Assembly: GCA_913045195.1 (NCBI GenBank)
Contig: CAJWQR010000003.1
Coordinates: 187-64,186, forward strand
Reading direction: 5' to 3'
Source: an uncultured Legionellales bacterium
Lineage (GTDB): Bacteria > Pseudomonadota > Gammaproteobacteria > Eutrophobiales > Eutrophobiaceae
DNA length: 64,000 bases
The notes beneath the pieces are model-generated. The model saw only the letters and a program-made list of their open reading frames with translations, was not told where the DNA came from and did no database searches. Made by a program: the position numbers and the translations under genes. Shown piece by piece: positions 11,401 to 20,260 of the stretch. The number at the start of each line of letters is the position of its first letter. Position 1 is the stretch's first letter.

Positions 11401-12250
11401 TTTAACTACCTATAAAATTCATAATATTCCTGAGCTCGAGATTAGTATAAATAACTTTATATATAAAAATAATGAATTAGGACATTTAATCTTAAAAACG
11501 ACTAACTTAGATAATGTAATTAATATTGATAAATTAAGTTTTAAAAAACCTGGTGTTAATATTAATGCCAATGGATTTTGGTCAAGTATTGACGAAATAG
11601 ATAAATCTGAGCTCTATGTCAAATTAGACTCTGACTCAATAATGAAAATGTTTGATACATTCAATTATGCTGCTACTAATATAAAAGATGCTAAGACATT
11701 GCTTGAATTCAATATAAACTGGGATGATTCGCCATTGAATTTTGCGATGGAGAATCTAAATGGTCAAATAAATATGAATATAGAAAAAGGTCAATTTCTT
11801 GATATTGAACAAAAAGCTGGCAAATTATTCGGATTACTCAGTATTCAGGCGTTACCAAGAAGACTGTCACTTGATTTCGCTGACCTTTTTAACGAAGGAT
11901 TTGCCTTCGATACAATCAAAGGAAATTTTAATCTAGAAAGAGGTCAGGCTTATACTAATAATTTACAAATGATAGGTCCATCTGGAGATATTATGATCAG
12001 CGGGCGTACCGGACTGGTGACAGAAGACTATGATCAAATTGCAACTGTAATTCCCAAAGTATCTGATAGCCTACCCTTAGCAAGTGCGTTATTTGGTCCT
12101 GTTGGTGTTGGTGTTGGTGCAGTATTATTCTTTGCAGGAGAGCTATTTGAGTCTATTCCAGAAAATATCGATAAGATCTTAACTCAGCAATACAGCATCA
12201 AAGGTAGCTGGGAAAACCCAGATATTGAGAAAATAAATACGAATGAATAA
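8411..12250 (+). CDS. yhdP: YhdP-family (AsmA-like, TIGR02099) large envelope lipid-transport protein
   Basis: 1279-aa protein with an N-terminal TM anchor, Asn/Ile-rich repetitive beta-rich body and a conserved C-terminal region (GQINMNIEKGQFLDIEQKAGKLFGLLSIQALPRRLSLDF...GPVGVGVGAVLFFAGELF). It sits immediately downstream of rng as in Enterobacteria. Confidence 0.8.
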   Translation: MLRNSKITSHHFFFYSLVLTILLAILFVVSIRHTLPKINIYKSEIESIISDYMGYSVNINTINAEWKGWTPNLYLENIKLLDERNNNEIIKFHSARIGINLVESISKGVVTPSYIQISGLNLNVYRNKDGVISIKNDNSLKTNMINRSGLAEWLFTQKYLILKNVNLVWNDENINIVRKEFNNISLELKTDKKNTRIELNTALSQQEKQLFKIKANITGNILTSMWQGDINFELINIDPARLTNKLYAFSDGGLSNAKISTRWENAKLINFDGALEYSNFSSITEESLLLVKNINFNLNGSRELNKDWSLNLILHNLETANGKWPASNYQFEFIKDSSNDNYLYKGYLTFLRLEDILPFIITTNILPNNIFQKLDLESISGEINNLNIEIDHINEESIKIKDLNANFDKLSIISYDQSSSISGLKGALAANNNSIDVSIDSDFTKIKFDKLYTDEKIFSKLTGELELNYDKLLINNLKIIFDGISLTSNGNILINEDPTYIDLNLTLDESNIEYFSTLIPDKTNPELYKWLNNSLLGGKILSADMVYKGYAKDFLLNNSKSNFKAIFNVSDTNLDYNRNWPPIDNLTAEIIIENDNLLANISSGYIFNAEISNTTAKIKHISGNNHNVIVNTQIYSHMNDLKKFIIQSPLNEDPTLIKYINNITGNIDINLNLDIPLGLEKTKFNGKVSLNNASIESGLPGLALENVNGDINFSVNEIWANDIDAIYIGSPIKLTIPTINYKNLDFLPFNISGVANKIFIIDQMTSLFPNLYNNIENIKTYFSGESEWTFSLSESENNSQLDDKRIEFKSDLYGIEINLPPPLKKDKNELRPLIIETNISNLLIDKFSIYYNNEIFTDIFIDNTKDFFVKNINIGLETKHPENKTDNSISIQGSMNSLIFTDWANFINTSKTNNKVNQGKTFLGKINVKNLEIINKNFNDVDINFSSSNSNKDWNILFDSEKIRGEAWYKKKFINKNDYLYLNFETLSLSENQNTENLTTYKIHNIPELEISINNFIYKNNELGHLILKTTNLDNVINIDKLSFKKPGVNINANGFWSSIDEIDKSELYVKLDSDSIMKMFDTFNYAATNIKDAKTLLEFNINWDDSPLNFAMENLNGQINMNIEKGQFLDIEQKAGKLFGLLSIQALPRRLSLDFADLFNEGFAFDTIKGNFNLERGQAYTNNLQMIGPSGDIMISGRTGLVTEDYDQIATVIPKVSDSLPLASALFGPVGVGVGAVLFFAGELFESIPENIDKILTQQYSIKGSWENPDIEKINTNE

Positions 12251-12256
12251 TTTAAG

Positions 12257-12667
12257 TTATGGCCTAGCAAATGCATAAAACAATAAAATCATTGTTGATG
12301 CAACTGTCATCCCAACACCTAGTTCGATAAAAATAATGCCAATATGCTGGCCAGTCCTAGGGTCTTCTAAAAGAACATTATAATTAAGAAATTCACCGCC
12401 ATTTAAAACACCAGCAATCCCAACGCTAACATAAATTAAAACACCAAGAGCTGCGAGGCTTCTGATAAAACTAGGATGAACAACCTTACGAAGTCTTTCA
12501 ATCCCGTAAATAATGCCATATAAAATAAAACTTGCCGCAAAAATAACGCCTGCCTGAAACCCTCCGCCTGGGCCATAATCACCGTGAAATTGAACATAGA
12601 GCGCAAACAACATAATCAAAGGAATAAGTATTCTAGCAACAACATTCAGTACTAAATGATGTTCCAC
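12257..12667 (-). CDS. Mrp/Mbh-type cation:proton antiporter small subunit, MnhB-like C-terminal half
   Basis: HGDYGPGGGFQAGVIFAASFILYGI matches the MrpB PGGGFQgG motif. Four TM helices. Its start overlaps the upstream gene's stop by 1 nt. Confidence 0.65.
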   Translation of the reverse strand: MEHHLVLNVVARILIPLIMLFALYVQFHGDYGPGGGFQAGVIFAASFILYGIIYGIERLRKVVHPSFIRSLAALGVLIYVSVGIAGVLNGGEFLNYNVLLEDPRTGQHIGIIFIELGVGMTVASTMILLFYAFARP

Positions 12668-13227
12668 TAAGATTTCTCCCTACTAACTATACCTTTATAA
12701 TCGCCTCTGCTTCTTCCTAGAAGCATTAAAACACCAATGCATGCAGTAAAAATAACTGTAACTTCTCCTAATGTATCGTAACCTCGATAGCTCGCTAAAA
12801 CAGATGTGACTAAATTAGGTATTCCAATTTCTTTTTCAGAAGCAACTATATATCTATCGGCTAAATAGGTTTGTACTGGATTCTCTGGTGAGGCAAAGGC
12901 TGGAATATCTTGAAGACCATAAATTAATAAGCTTCCCGTCAATATAACAATAAAAAACCCTAAAAAAGAAATTTTATTTTTAATTTTTTCTTTATATTTT
13001 ATTAATGATAAAGCACCTAAAAATAATATTAACGCAATACCTGCGCCAACTGCTGCTTCTGTAAAGGCCACATCTACAGCATCGAGGCAAACAAAAAGAG
13101 AAGCAGATAATAAACTAAATATTCCTGTTAACATTGTGGTTGCAAAAAGATTATCTTGTTGATTAATTGCAATTGCGGTAATTACTAACAAGCATAATAT
13201 AATTACATTTATATACAAAACAATCAT
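12667..13227 (-). CDS. Mrp/Mbh-type antiporter subunit, DUF4040 + MnhB N-terminal half (MbhD/E-like)
   Basis: The N-terminal DUF4040-like helices are followed by NLVTSVLASYRGYDTLGEVTVIFTACIGV, matching the MrpB RGfDTlgE signature. Confidence 0.6.
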   Translation of the reverse strand: MIVLYINVIILCLLVITAIAINQQDNLFATTMLTGIFSLLSASLFVCLDAVDVAFTEAAVGAGIALILFLGALSLIKYKEKIKNKISFLGFFIVILTGSLLIYGLQDIPAFASPENPVQTYLADRYIVASEKEIGIPNLVTSVLASYRGYDTLGEVTVIFTACIGVLMLLGRSRGDYKGIVSREKS

Positions 13228-13229
13228 AC

Positions 13230-13538
13230 TTAATCGTCTTTTAAAATTGGTTTTAAATTACCATGCAATGCAGATTTTGCTAACGCATGAGCAGCTGTAG
13301 GTGTCGTAATCAGAATAAATATTAGTATCAATAATAGTTTTAGGCTGACTATGTTCAAACCATAATATAATATTAATCCAAATAAGATTAACATCGCGCC
13401 TAGCGTATCAATTATACTAGCAGCATGTAATCTTGTATAAAAATCTGGCATACGGTATACCCCGAGTAATCCTACTAAAATCGAAAGGGCGCCTGTCGTA
13501 ATGAATAAGCTACTAACAAGGCTGATAATATCCATCAA
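13230..13538 (-). CDS. mrpG: Na+/H+ antiporter subunit G (MrpG/MnhG)
   Basis: YRMPDFYTRLHAASIIDTLGAMLIL is the canonical MnhG motif. 102 aa, 3 TM. Confidence 0.8.
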   Translation of the reverse strand: MMDIISLVSSLFITTGALSILVGLLGVYRMPDFYTRLHAASIIDTLGAMLILFGLILYYGLNIVSLKLLLILIFILITTPTAAHALAKSALHGNLKPILKDD

Positions 13539-13822
13539 ATATCTCCTTGTTCATTTTTAGTAGAACTTCTGCTGATATCTCCATATTCAAAAAACTTTAA
13601 AATTGCTATTGTTGAAATAAAATTAATCAACGCATAGACTAAAGCAATATCAAGAAAATCAGGGCGTTTAGTTAAAAACCCAAATAAAGCTATAAATAAA
13701 ACAGTGACTGTCCCAAATATATTAACAGCTAGTATTTTGTCATAGACCGTCTTACCAATAATTGCTAAAACTAAAGCAAGTAGCATTGCAAATAATATAA
13801 TAAATATTGTAATTTCAAACAT
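13535..13822 (-). CDS. mrpF: Na+/H+ antiporter subunit F (MrpF/MnhF)
   Basis: RPDFLDIALVYALINFISTIAILKFF matches MnhF (rPDllDvALvyall.f.gT). The start is set at an internal Met; the longest ORF (to 13864) would overlap mrpE by 50 nt. Confidence 0.75.
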   Translation of the reverse strand: MFEITIFIILFAMLLALVLAIIGKTVYDKILAVNIFGTVTVLFIALFGFLTKRPDFLDIALVYALINFISTIAILKFFEYGDISRSSTKNEQGDI

Positions 13823-14321
13823 AAGGATTTGCTTCAGCACTAGTAATTTTTCTATCCATATCACCAGTTTTTAATCCTTCGGCTCCTATTTTTGATAGAC
13901 TATGTACTTCAATATTAGAATCATCTAAATCAATAGAGATCGTTCCTGGTGTTAAAGTAATTGAATTTGCATAAACTACCTTTGCAAAATTACTAAGCTG
14001 TGATGACCTTACAGTAACCAATCTAGGGCTTATAGGTAGTTTAGGGTTAAGTATTCGCTTACAAACATCGATGTTCGATTTTATGATTTGAAAAATTAAC
14101 CAAAAACCATACGGTATAAACCTTATAAAATAAAGCTGCAATATTGGTTGATCAAGAATTATAAGTTTCATGCGTGAGCTTATGCTAGCAACAACCAGTA
14201 CTGATAATATTCCAAGCAATAAGAGTAATGGCGTATAATGTCCAGACAACATTACCCATAGAAATGCTAAGCTTATTATTAAACTAATTTTATGAAAAAA
14301 TATATCGTAGTTTGACATCAT
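13815..14321 (-). CDS. mrpE: Na+/H+ antiporter subunit E (MrpE/MnhE)
   Basis: VYANSITLTPGTISIDLD carries the MnhE LTPGT motif. The N-terminal TM helices and ~160-aa size fit. Confidence 0.75.
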   Translation of the reverse strand: MMSNYDIFFHKISLIISLAFLWVMLSGHYTPLLLLLGILSVLVVASISSRMKLIILDQPILQLYFIRFIPYGFWLIFQIIKSNIDVCKRILNPKLPISPRLVTVRSSQLSNFAKVVYANSITLTPGTISIDLDDSNIEVHSLSKIGAEGLKTGDMDRKITSAEANPYV

Positions 14322-14392
14322 GTTTCCTAATAAAAATATACCCCTAGTTACTTATTATCCGCATACCTTCACAGACAATCAAGGCATTTAAA

Positions 14393-14836
14393 ATGCAATG
14401 GAAACCAAATACAACTGTTGCAGCAGTTATTGAAAAAGATAATCACTTTCTTCTTGTTGAGGAAGAAATCGATGGTAAGCTTGTTTTTAATCAGCCAGCA
14501 GGACATCTAGAAAAAGATGAGACGCTAATAGAAGCAATTAAACGTGAAGTACTAGAGGAAACCACCTTTGAGTTTTTGCCAAAATCACTTATTGGTATTT
14601 ACCTTTATCCAAACAAAAATAATAAAAATATTACTTACTTGCGATTTTGTTTCTTTGGTTTCTGTTCAAGAAAACATAGCGAAAGAAAATTAGACGATGG
14701 AATAGTCAGAGTAGTCTGGATGAATAAAAAAGAAATTGAAAAACAAAATAGAATACGTAGTCCCATGGTGCTATGTTGTATAAATGATTATTTAAAAGGA
14801 AATAATTATCCACTAACATTATTAAACTATTTTTGA
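14393..14836 (+). CDS. NUDIX hydrolase (NudJ-like)
   Basis: Nudix box GHLEKDETLIEAIKREVLEETT (GX5EX7REUXEEXGU). The nudJ-mnmA synteny matches E. coli. Confidence 0.8.
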   Translation: MQWKPNTTVAAVIEKDNHFLLVEEEIDGKLVFNQPAGHLEKDETLIEAIKREVLEETTFEFLPKSLIGIYLYPNKNNKNITYLRFCFFGFCSRKHSERKLDDGIVRVVWMNKKEIEKQNRIRSPMVLCCINDYLKGNNYPLTLLNYF

Positions 14837-14837
14837 G

Positions 14838-15923
14838 ATGAAAAAAGATAAAATCATTGTTGGTATTTCAGGAGGTGTTGACTCCTCTGTTGCCGCGATG
14901 CTACTAAAAGAAAAAGAATATGAAGTTGAAGCTCTGTTTATGAAAAACTGGAGTCGTCAAATAGAAAATGGAAAGTGCCTATGGGAAGATGATGTTGAAG
15001 ATGCAATGCAAGTATGTGACAAACTTGATATCCCTCTTAATGTAGTTGATCTTTCTGATGATTACTGGGAAAAAGTATTTAAAAATTTTTTAACTGAATA
15101 TAAAAGTGGCCGAACACCAAACCCAGATGTACTATGTAATAAAGAAATTAAATTTAAAGCCTTCTTAGAATATGCAGAGAATCTTGGCGCAAAAAAAATC
15201 GCAACAGGTCATTATTCTCGTAAAAATAAAAATGAAAACTACTTTCAATTACTAAAATCTATAGATAACAATAAAGATCAAAGTTACTTTTTATGTTGTT
15301 TAAATCAATCTCAATTAGATAAGGCTTTATTTCCAATTGGAGATCTGTGTAAAGATAAAGTGAGAAAACTCGCTAAAAAAGCGGGGTTAATAACTCATGA
15401 CAAAAAAGATAGTACAGGAATTTGTTTTGTTGGCGAACAGCCGTTTCGTAATTTTCTCAGTAGTTTCATAAAACCAGTAAAAGGATTAATTAAAACTACT
15501 AACGGGAAACCTATTGGTGAGCATGAAGGTATTTTCTTTTATACACTCGGTCAACGTCAAGGATTAGGAATTGGTGGAGTAAAAAATACAACAAATTCGC
15601 CTTGGTATGTAGTAAAAAAAAATATTGAAAAAAATGAACTAATTGTTGCGCAAGACCACGATCATCCTTTGTTGCATAATAAATATTTAACTACACTTGA
15701 TATAAATTGGATCTCCGGAAAAACCCCATCACTACCGTTTAAGTGCAAAGCAAAATGCCGTTATCGACAATCTGACCAAAATTGTACTATTGAGAAAAAT
15801 GAGAATAATCGTTTTTTTGTTAGTTTTGATTCCACCCAAAGAGCAATTACTCCAGGACAATTCATTGTTTTTTATGAAGAAAATATATGTTTAGGTGGTG
15901 GTATTATTGATTCTGTAAATTAA
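14838..15923 (+). CDS. mnmA: tRNA-specific 2-thiouridylase
   Basis: PP-loop IVGISGGVDSSVAAMLLKEKEYEVEALFMKNW. Full-length similarity to MnmA/TrmU. Confidence 0.95.
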   Translation: MKKDKIIVGISGGVDSSVAAMLLKEKEYEVEALFMKNWSRQIENGKCLWEDDVEDAMQVCDKLDIPLNVVDLSDDYWEKVFKNFLTEYKSGRTPNPDVLCNKEIKFKAFLEYAENLGAKKIATGHYSRKNKNENYFQLLKSIDNNKDQSYFLCCLNQSQLDKALFPIGDLCKDKVRKLAKKAGLITHDKKDSTGICFVGEQPFRNFLSSFIKPVKGLIKTTNGKPIGEHEGIFFYTLGQRQGLGIGGVKNTTNSPWYVVKKNIEKNELIVAQDHDHPLLHNKYLTTLDINWISGKTPSLPFKCKAKCRYRQSDQNCTIEKNENNRFFVSFDSTQRAITPGQFIVFYEENICLGGGIIDSVN

Positions 15924-16039
15924 TGAACTATGAAAATTGACCTGAAATTAGTATTAAATTTGCTTTATAATACCCTCCTCTCGAAAAGGGTCATCTTCAG
16001 GGAACTACCCACCACAAAAAATTCAAAAGGAGAAATGTT

Positions 16040-18658
16040 TTGCTCAATGAGTATCGTCAACATATTAAAGAACGCGCAGATATAGGTATTGTTCCTGAAC
16101 CACTCAACCCAGAACAAACTGCTGCTCTTGTTGAATTATTGAAAAGGCCTCCTGTTGATGAAGAAGATTTTATTTTAGATTTAATTACCAATCGTATACC
16201 TGCCGGTGTTGATCAAGCTGCCTATATAAAGGCAGGATTTTTAGCTGCAATTACAAAAGGAGAAACCGAATCTCCACTAATAAATAAAAATAAAGCTATA
16301 GAATTACTAGGAACTATGCTCGGTGGTTATAACATTAATCCTTTAATAGTCTGTTTGGATGATGATGTTCTAGCTGAAACTGCTGCAAAAGCACTTTCAA
16401 AGACATTGCTAATGTTTGATGCTTTTTATGATGTCAAAGAAAAAGCCGACAATGGTAATAAGTATGCAAAAATTATATTGCAATCATGGGCTGATGGAGA
16501 ATGGTTCACTTCCAGACAAAAATTACAAGAAAAAATTACAGTTAATGTTTTTAGAGTTTCAGGTGAAACTAATACAGATGATTTATCGCCGGCTCCTGAC
16601 GCATGGTCTCGTCCTGATATTCCCTTACATGCTCAGGCCATGTTAAAAATGGAACGGGATGGTATTAAACCTGATGTATCAGGTGAAATAGGACCAATAC
16701 AACAAATTAAAATACTTAAAGAAAAAGGATATCCGCTCGCTTACGTGGGGGACGTTGTTGGAACAGGTTCCTCGCGTAAATCAGCAACGAATTCTGTGCT
16801 TTGGCATATGGGTAACGATATACCTTTTATACCCAATAAACGATATGGGGGTTTTTGCTTAGGTGGAAAAATTGCTCCTATTTTCTTTAACACATTAGAA
16901 GATTCTGGTGCTTTACCAATCGAATGTGACGTAAGTAAAATGAATATGGGAGACATAATTGATATTTACCCGTATGAAGGTGTAATAAAAAATACAAAGA
17001 CGGATGAGACTCTTTGTAATTTTTCATTAAAAACAGATATTATTCTGGATGAAGTACGGGCAGGCGGACGTATTCCTTTAATTATTGGTAGAGGTTTAAC
17101 AGGGCGTGCACGTGAAGCATTAGGATTGAAATCAAATGAATTATTTCGTAAACCTTCTCCTGTAAATGACACAGGCAAAGGTTACACGCTAGCACAAAAA
17201 ATTGTGGGTAGAGCCTGTAATCTTGATGGTATTCGTCCAGAAACATATTGTGAGCCCAAAATGACAACTGTTGGATCACAAGATACTACCGGCCCGATGA
17301 CGCGCGACGAGTTGAAAGATTTGGCTTGTCTAGGATTTTCAAGTGATCTGGTTATGCAATCATTTTGTCATACCGCAGCCTATCCAAAACCCGTTGATAT
17401 TAGCACGCATCATACTTTACCTGATTTCATCCAAACGCGTGGGGGGGTTGCATTAAGACCAGGTGATGGAATTATTCATTCATGGTTAAATCGAATGTTA
17501 TTACCTGACACTGTTGGCACAGGCGGAGACTCGCACACTCGCTTTCCAATTGGTATCTCATTTCCGGCTGGCTCAGGGCTTGTCGCATTTGCTGCAGCAA
17601 CTGGTGTTATGCCGCTTGATATGCCTGAATCAATTTTAGTGCGTTTTAAAGGTGAAATGCAGCCTGGCATTACCTTACGAGATCTTGTTAATGCAATTCC
17701 TTATGCGGCAATACAGTCTGGCGATCTTACAGTTGATAAAAAAGGTAAAAAGAATATTTTTTCTGGGCGTATTCTAGAAATTGAAGGTTTGCCAAACCTT
17801 AAATGCGAACAGGCTTTTGAGCTATCTGATGCAAGTGCAGAACGATCAGCAGGCGGTTGTACTATTCGACTTGGTAAAGAACCTATCATTGAATATCTGC
17901 AATCTAATGTAACTTTATTGCGCTGGATGATAGACAAAGGATATGAGGATATAAGAACTTTAGAACGTCGTGCCCAAGAAATGGAGGCATGGCTAGAAAA
18001 TCCAGTATTATTAGAGCCAGATTCCGATGCTCAGTACAAAAAAATCTTTGAAATTAATCTAAACGATATAAAAGAGCCATTTTTAGCCTGCCCAAATGAC
18101 CCTGATGATGTTAAGCCTTTATCTGAGGTCTCAGGGACAAAAATCGATGAAGTATTTTTAGGCTCATGTATGACAAATATCGGTCATTTCAGAGCTGCAG
18201 GAAAAATGTTACAAAAATCATCGGATACACTACCAACGACTTTATGGATTTCACCGCCCACTAAAATGGATCAACACCAACTTACTGAGGAAGGATACTA
18301 TGACATATTTAAAAAAGTTGGCGCAAGGACAGAAATACCAGGTTGTTCTCTTTGCATGGGAAATCAAGCTCGCGTAAAAGCAAAATCAACCGTTGTTTCG
18401 ACTTCAACTCGTAATTTTCCAAATCGACTTGGTGATGGCGCAAATGTCTTTCTTGCGTCTGCTGAAATTGCCGCCGTTTCTTCGATACTAGGACGAATTC
18501 CTAATATGGATGAATACATGACATTTGCAGCTGATCTTAATCCGCTCGCAAAAGATATTTATCGCTACTTAAACTTCGATGAAGTTGAATCCTTCCAAAA
18601 AAGTGCCTTAAAAGCCAAATCAAAAATAGAAGAGATTCCTGTCTCTGTAGTAAACTAG
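16040..18658 (+). CDS. acnB: aconitate hydratase B (bifunctional aconitase / 2-methylisocitrate dehydratase)
   Basis: Colinear with E. coli AcnB from [22 protein letters not shown] (E. coli MLEEYRKHVAERAAEGIAPKPL) through the Fe-S ligand region. The apparent start codon is TTG at 16040. Confidence 0.95.
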   Translation: MLNEYRQHIKERADIGIVPEPLNPEQTAALVELLKRPPVDEEDFILDLITNRIPAGVDQAAYIKAGFLAAITKGETESPLINKNKAIELLGTMLGGYNINPLIVCLDDDVLAETAAKALSKTLLMFDAFYDVKEKADNGNKYAKIILQSWADGEWFTSRQKLQEKITVNVFRVSGETNTDDLSPAPDAWSRPDIPLHAQAMLKMERDGIKPDVSGEIGPIQQIKILKEKGYPLAYVGDVVGTGSSRKSATNSVLWHMGNDIPFIPNKRYGGFCLGGKIAPIFFNTLEDSGALPIECDVSKMNMGDIIDIYPYEGVIKNTKTDETLCNFSLKTDIILDEVRAGGRIPLIIGRGLTGRAREALGLKSNELFRKPSPVNDTGKGYTLAQKIVGRACNLDGIRPETYCEPKMTTVGSQDTTGPMTRDELKDLACLGFSSDLVMQSFCHTAAYPKPVDISTHHTLPDFIQTRGGVALRPGDGIIHSWLNRMLLPDTVGTGGDSHTRFPIGISFPAGSGLVAFAAATGVMPLDMPESILVRFKGEMQPGITLRDLVNAIPYAAIQSGDLTVDKKGKKNIFSGRILEIEGLPNLKCEQAFELSDASAERSAGGCTIRLGKEPIIEYLQSNVTLLRWMIDKGYEDIRTLERRAQEMEAWLENPVLLEPDSDAQYKKIFEINLNDIKEPFLACPNDPDDVKPLSEVSGTKIDEVFLGSCMTNIGHFRAAGKMLQKSSDTLPTTLWISPPTKMDQHQLTEEGYYDIFKKVGARTEIPGCSLCMGNQARVKAKSTVVSTSTRNFPNRLGDGANVFLASAEIAAVSSILGRIPNMDEYMTFAADLNPLAKDIYRYLNFDEVESFQKSALKAKSKIEEIPVSVVN

Positions 18659-18739
18659 TAAATATTAAATACATATTCCCAAAAAATAGAGGTAATACTA
18701 GCAAAATTTTTGCTGGTAAAAGAATTTGAGATTCTAGTG

Positions 18740-20260
18740 ATGACCATAATTAAACAAGATGATTTAATCGCAAGTGTTGCTGATGCATTGCAATTTATAT
18801 CTTACTATCATCCGCTCGATTTTATTAATGCTGTGAATATGGCGTATGAAAAAGAGGAGTCAAAACCAGCAAAAGATGCAATGGCCCAAATTTTGATTAA
18901 TTCAAGAATGTGTGCTGAAGGCCATCGCCCTATTTGTCAGGATACTGGAATTGTTACAGTTTTTTTAAAAATAGGTATGAATGTGAAATGGAAAACTAAA
19001 CTATCACTTAATGAAATGATTAATGAGGGTGTTAGAGCGGCCTATAATCACCCAGATAATAAATTACGAGCATCGATAATGGATGATCCTGCTGGAGTTA
19101 GAAAGAATACAGGCGATAATACGCCGGCAGTAATTCATACTGAAATTGTAGAAGGCTCATCTATTGATGTTCAAATCGCTGCTAAAGGGGGTGGTTCTGA
19201 AGCGAAGGCAAAATTTGTCATGCTAAATCCTTCAGATGACATAGTTGATTGGATTGTTAAGACGGTGCCTAGTATGGGTGCTGGTTGGTGCCCTCCAGGG
19301 ATGTTAGGGATTGGCATTGGTGGTACAGCAGAAAAAGCAATGATTCTTGCAAAGAGTGCATTAATGGAACCTATTGATATTCAAAAATTAAAAGAACGCG
19401 GTGCGAAAACAACAACTGAAAAATTACGTATCGAAATATATGAAAAGGTTAATGCGTTAGGTATAGGTGCTCAGGGTCTTGGTGGTTTAACGACCGTGTT
19501 AGACGTAAAAATAAAAGATTACCCCACTCATGCTGCCAATAAACCAGTTGCAATGATACCAAATTGCGCAGCAACGAGACATGCTCACTTTGTATTAGAT
19601 GGAACTGGTCCTTCATTTCAAACTCCGCCCGATTTGAACGAATGGCCAAAAATAACTTGGGACGTAGGCCCTACCGCTAAACGTGTTGATTTAGATACTA
19701 TTACTTCAGATGATATTAAAAATTGGAAAACTGGTGAAACACTACTTCTCTCGGGGAAAATGTTGACTGGGCGTGATGCAGCGCATAAACGTATTCAAGA
19801 AATAATTAAAAAAGGTGATTCCCTTCCAAATGGAGTTGACTTCAAAAACCGATTTATATATTACGTTGGTCCAGTTGATCCAGTCCATAATGAAGTTGTA
19901 GGACCAGCTGGGCCTACAACAGCAACTAGAATGGATAAATTTACAGAGATGATGCTAGATAAAACTGGTTTAATTGGTATGGTCGGAAAAGCTGAGCGCG
20001 GACCTGTAGCAATAAATGCAATTAAAAAACATAAAGCTGTTTATTTAATGGCTGTTGGTGGAGCGGCATATCTTGTATCAAAAGCCATAACACATTCAGA
20101 AGTTGTTGCATTCCCAGAACTCGGAATGGAGGCAATACATGAATTTAAAGTTAAAGATATGCCGGTGACAGTAGCTGTTGATTCAAATGGTAATGCAGTA
20201 CATAAGGATGGTCCGAAAGAATGGCAGAATATTATTAGAAAAAAATCTCTTAAAAACTAA
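18740..20260 (+). CDS. fumA: class I (Fe-S) fumarate hydratase, fused alpha/beta type
   Basis: CQDTGIV Fe-S hydro-lyase motif. AKGGGSEAKAKF and the C-terminal beta-subunit-like region. The ORF opens at 18710; the Met of MTIIKQ is chosen as the start. Confidence 0.85.
   Translation: MTIIKQDDLIASVADALQFISYYHPLDFINAVNMAYEKEESKPAKDAMAQILINSRMCAEGHRPICQDTGIVTVFLKIGMNVKWKTKLSLNEMINEGVRAAYNHPDNKLRASIMDDPAGVRKNTGDNTPAVIHTEIVEGSSIDVQIAAKGGGSEAKAKFVMLNPSDDIVDWIVKTVPSMGAGWCPPGMLGIGIGGTAEKAMILAKSALMEPIDIQKLKERGAKTTTEKLRIEIYEKVNALGIGAQGLGGLTTVLDVKIKDYPTHAANKPVAMIPNCAATRHAHFVLDGTGPSFQTPPDLNEWPKITWDVGPTAKRVDLDTITSDDIKNWKTGETLLLSGKMLTGRDAAHKRIQEIIKKGDSLPNGVDFKNRFIYYVGPVDPVHNEVVGPAGPTTATRMDKFTEMMLDKTGLIGMVGKAERGPVAINAIKKHKAVYLMAVGGAAYLVSKAITHSEVVAFPELGMEAIHEFKVKDMPVTVAVDSNGNAVHKDGPKEWQNIIRKKSLKN

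Noticed and set aside
16416-17937. Multiple 64-78-aa ORFs on both strands within acnB
   Set aside because: Alternative frames of a gene that aligns end-to-end with E. coli AcnB.
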